DNA of 64,000 nucleotides from Rhynchopus sp. YZ270_cl-10 (lineage: Eukaryota). The stretch covers positions 1,488,001 to 1,552,000 of the forward strand of contig OZ037833.1 of assembly GCA_964035575.1 (NCBI GenBank). The letters are read 5' to 3'. This document shows, piece after piece, positions 62,974-64,000 of this stretch. The position numbers were made by a program, and so were the translations under genes. Numbering within the stretch: the stretch's first letter is position 1; every line of letters starts with the position of its first letter. A model generated the notes under the pieces. It was not told the origin of the DNA. It saw only the letters and a program-made list of their open reading frames with translations, and made no database searches.

Positions 62974-64000
62974 CTACTCCACTATGAACATGTTGTCTTC
63001 AAGCACACTGCCCCTTTTGCGCGAGGCTAAGTACTGCGCGCGTGACTCGTGTTGTGTCTGAGCTGTCTCGCGATGGACGACCTCGCTAGTCCCCATGTAG
63101 CACTTCAGCATGCTGACGGTGCCTCCCTGGCCCAACGCAAAACGGTGGAACAGGCCAGGAGGGATGATCAACAGGTCACCTGCGTAAGGGAAAGTTGTCT
63201 GGTTAATTTTCCCACAAGGCAACATACCTTCCTGCAGATCGATTCTGATGAACTCGTGGTTCTCGTCTCTCACGTCAACAAAGCATGCACCTGCCTCCAC
63301 AAAGACAATGTACTCCGTGGTGTTGTACTGCTCTCTGTAGCACTCCTGTGAAAAGTGTTGTTGCTATAAGATGCTAAGTCAGCATTCGGGAGAGGAACCC
63401 CAAAGGAGTACAAACCACTTTGGTCTGTTTAGGTCTGTCAACGAAAAAATGAAGCCAAGAAAACCCCTACACACCTGCATCATTTGCTGCGAGTCAATCG
63501 TGAGCGAATCATTCTCCATGCTGCTGTAGCCGCGGTCGCTGCAGAGCTCATTAAGCTTGTCGAGGTCTGACACGGAGAGCTTCATGTAGACCACACCTAG
63601 GGTGTTGAGGGTTGACTGTGGGACGTAGCCGCTGTCACGACGTCGGTTGTGGTACTTTGCGCCTGAGGTGAAGTCTGGTGAAGAGGCGTCGATGGAGAGC
63701 AGCCAAGCCTTGCCCCACACGAGCTCGCCTTCGATGTTTGTCAGGTCGGTGCTTTTGCGCGAGAGGCGGTGCTTGAGCATGTCTGTACCGGACATCGAGT
63801 TGCGCCGCATTGTGTCCTCCACCTGCGCCATCGTCACACGGTCTTGGTCCTCAAGGTCGCGCTTCACACGCTCGTCCACACGCTTCTGGCGCTTCTCAAT
63901 GATGATACGGTTCTGCCCCTCAGGCGTCAGGTCGTTCCACCGCCGCCCGTACACCTGCGCATCCAGACGCGACGACGCCATCACAGCCTGCACGCCGCTC
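62974..64000 (-). CDS. Acireductone dioxygenase-like cupin, multi-exon, 5' end possibly outside the window
   Basis: TLNTLGVVY..RGYS, GACFVDVRD..FIRI and GDLLIIPPGLFHRF are ARD motifs. Probable introns near 63180-63228 and 63350-63472. Confidence 0.75.

Overview
Eukaryotic nuclear DNA, almost certainly from a diplonemid (Euglenozoa), judged by a diplonemid-type spliced-leader (SL) exon. (1) 1-5.45 kb: a cluster of 11 intact tRNA genes, a tRNA-Asp gene split by a 2.3-kb TIR element with an 8-bp TSD, and a 3' half tRNA-Pro. Three intact tRNA genes encode C instead of the near-invariant U33. (2) 5.46-13.6 kb: a poly(A)-tailed CRE-clade non-LTR retrotransposon whose single ORF carries RT and a restriction-like endonuclease between two OTU-like protease domains. 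(3) 13.6-16.7 kb: a dense small-RNA island that the ORF track does not show. It holds U4, U2, a U5-like RNA, U6, 7SL/SRP RNA, four SL RNA genes and an unidentified ~325-nt RNA. Two promoter classes are readable from the sequence: CTTCCC(A/T)G..ACAT at -46/-47 of SL, U2 and U4, and a CCCTGTCTTG element exactly 34 nt upstream of U6, 7SL and the unknown RNA. (4) 17.9-27.4 kb: nested repeats, 13-bp and 9-bp satellites and a captured strumpellin fragment. (5) 28.4-49 kb: secreted LamG/LRR and EGF-VWD-LamG genes in segmental duplications, with an intact hAT transposon (empty site visible in the paralog) and a TA-flanked MITE. (6) 49-64 kb: minus-strand genes with short GT-AG introns (prenylcysteine oxidase, SPEF2-like, RIIa/EF-hand, degenerate MsrA-like and ARD-like). 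The top candidate for novelty is the unidentified Pol III-type RNA inside the trans-splicing RNA island. All calls were made by eye; no database search was run.
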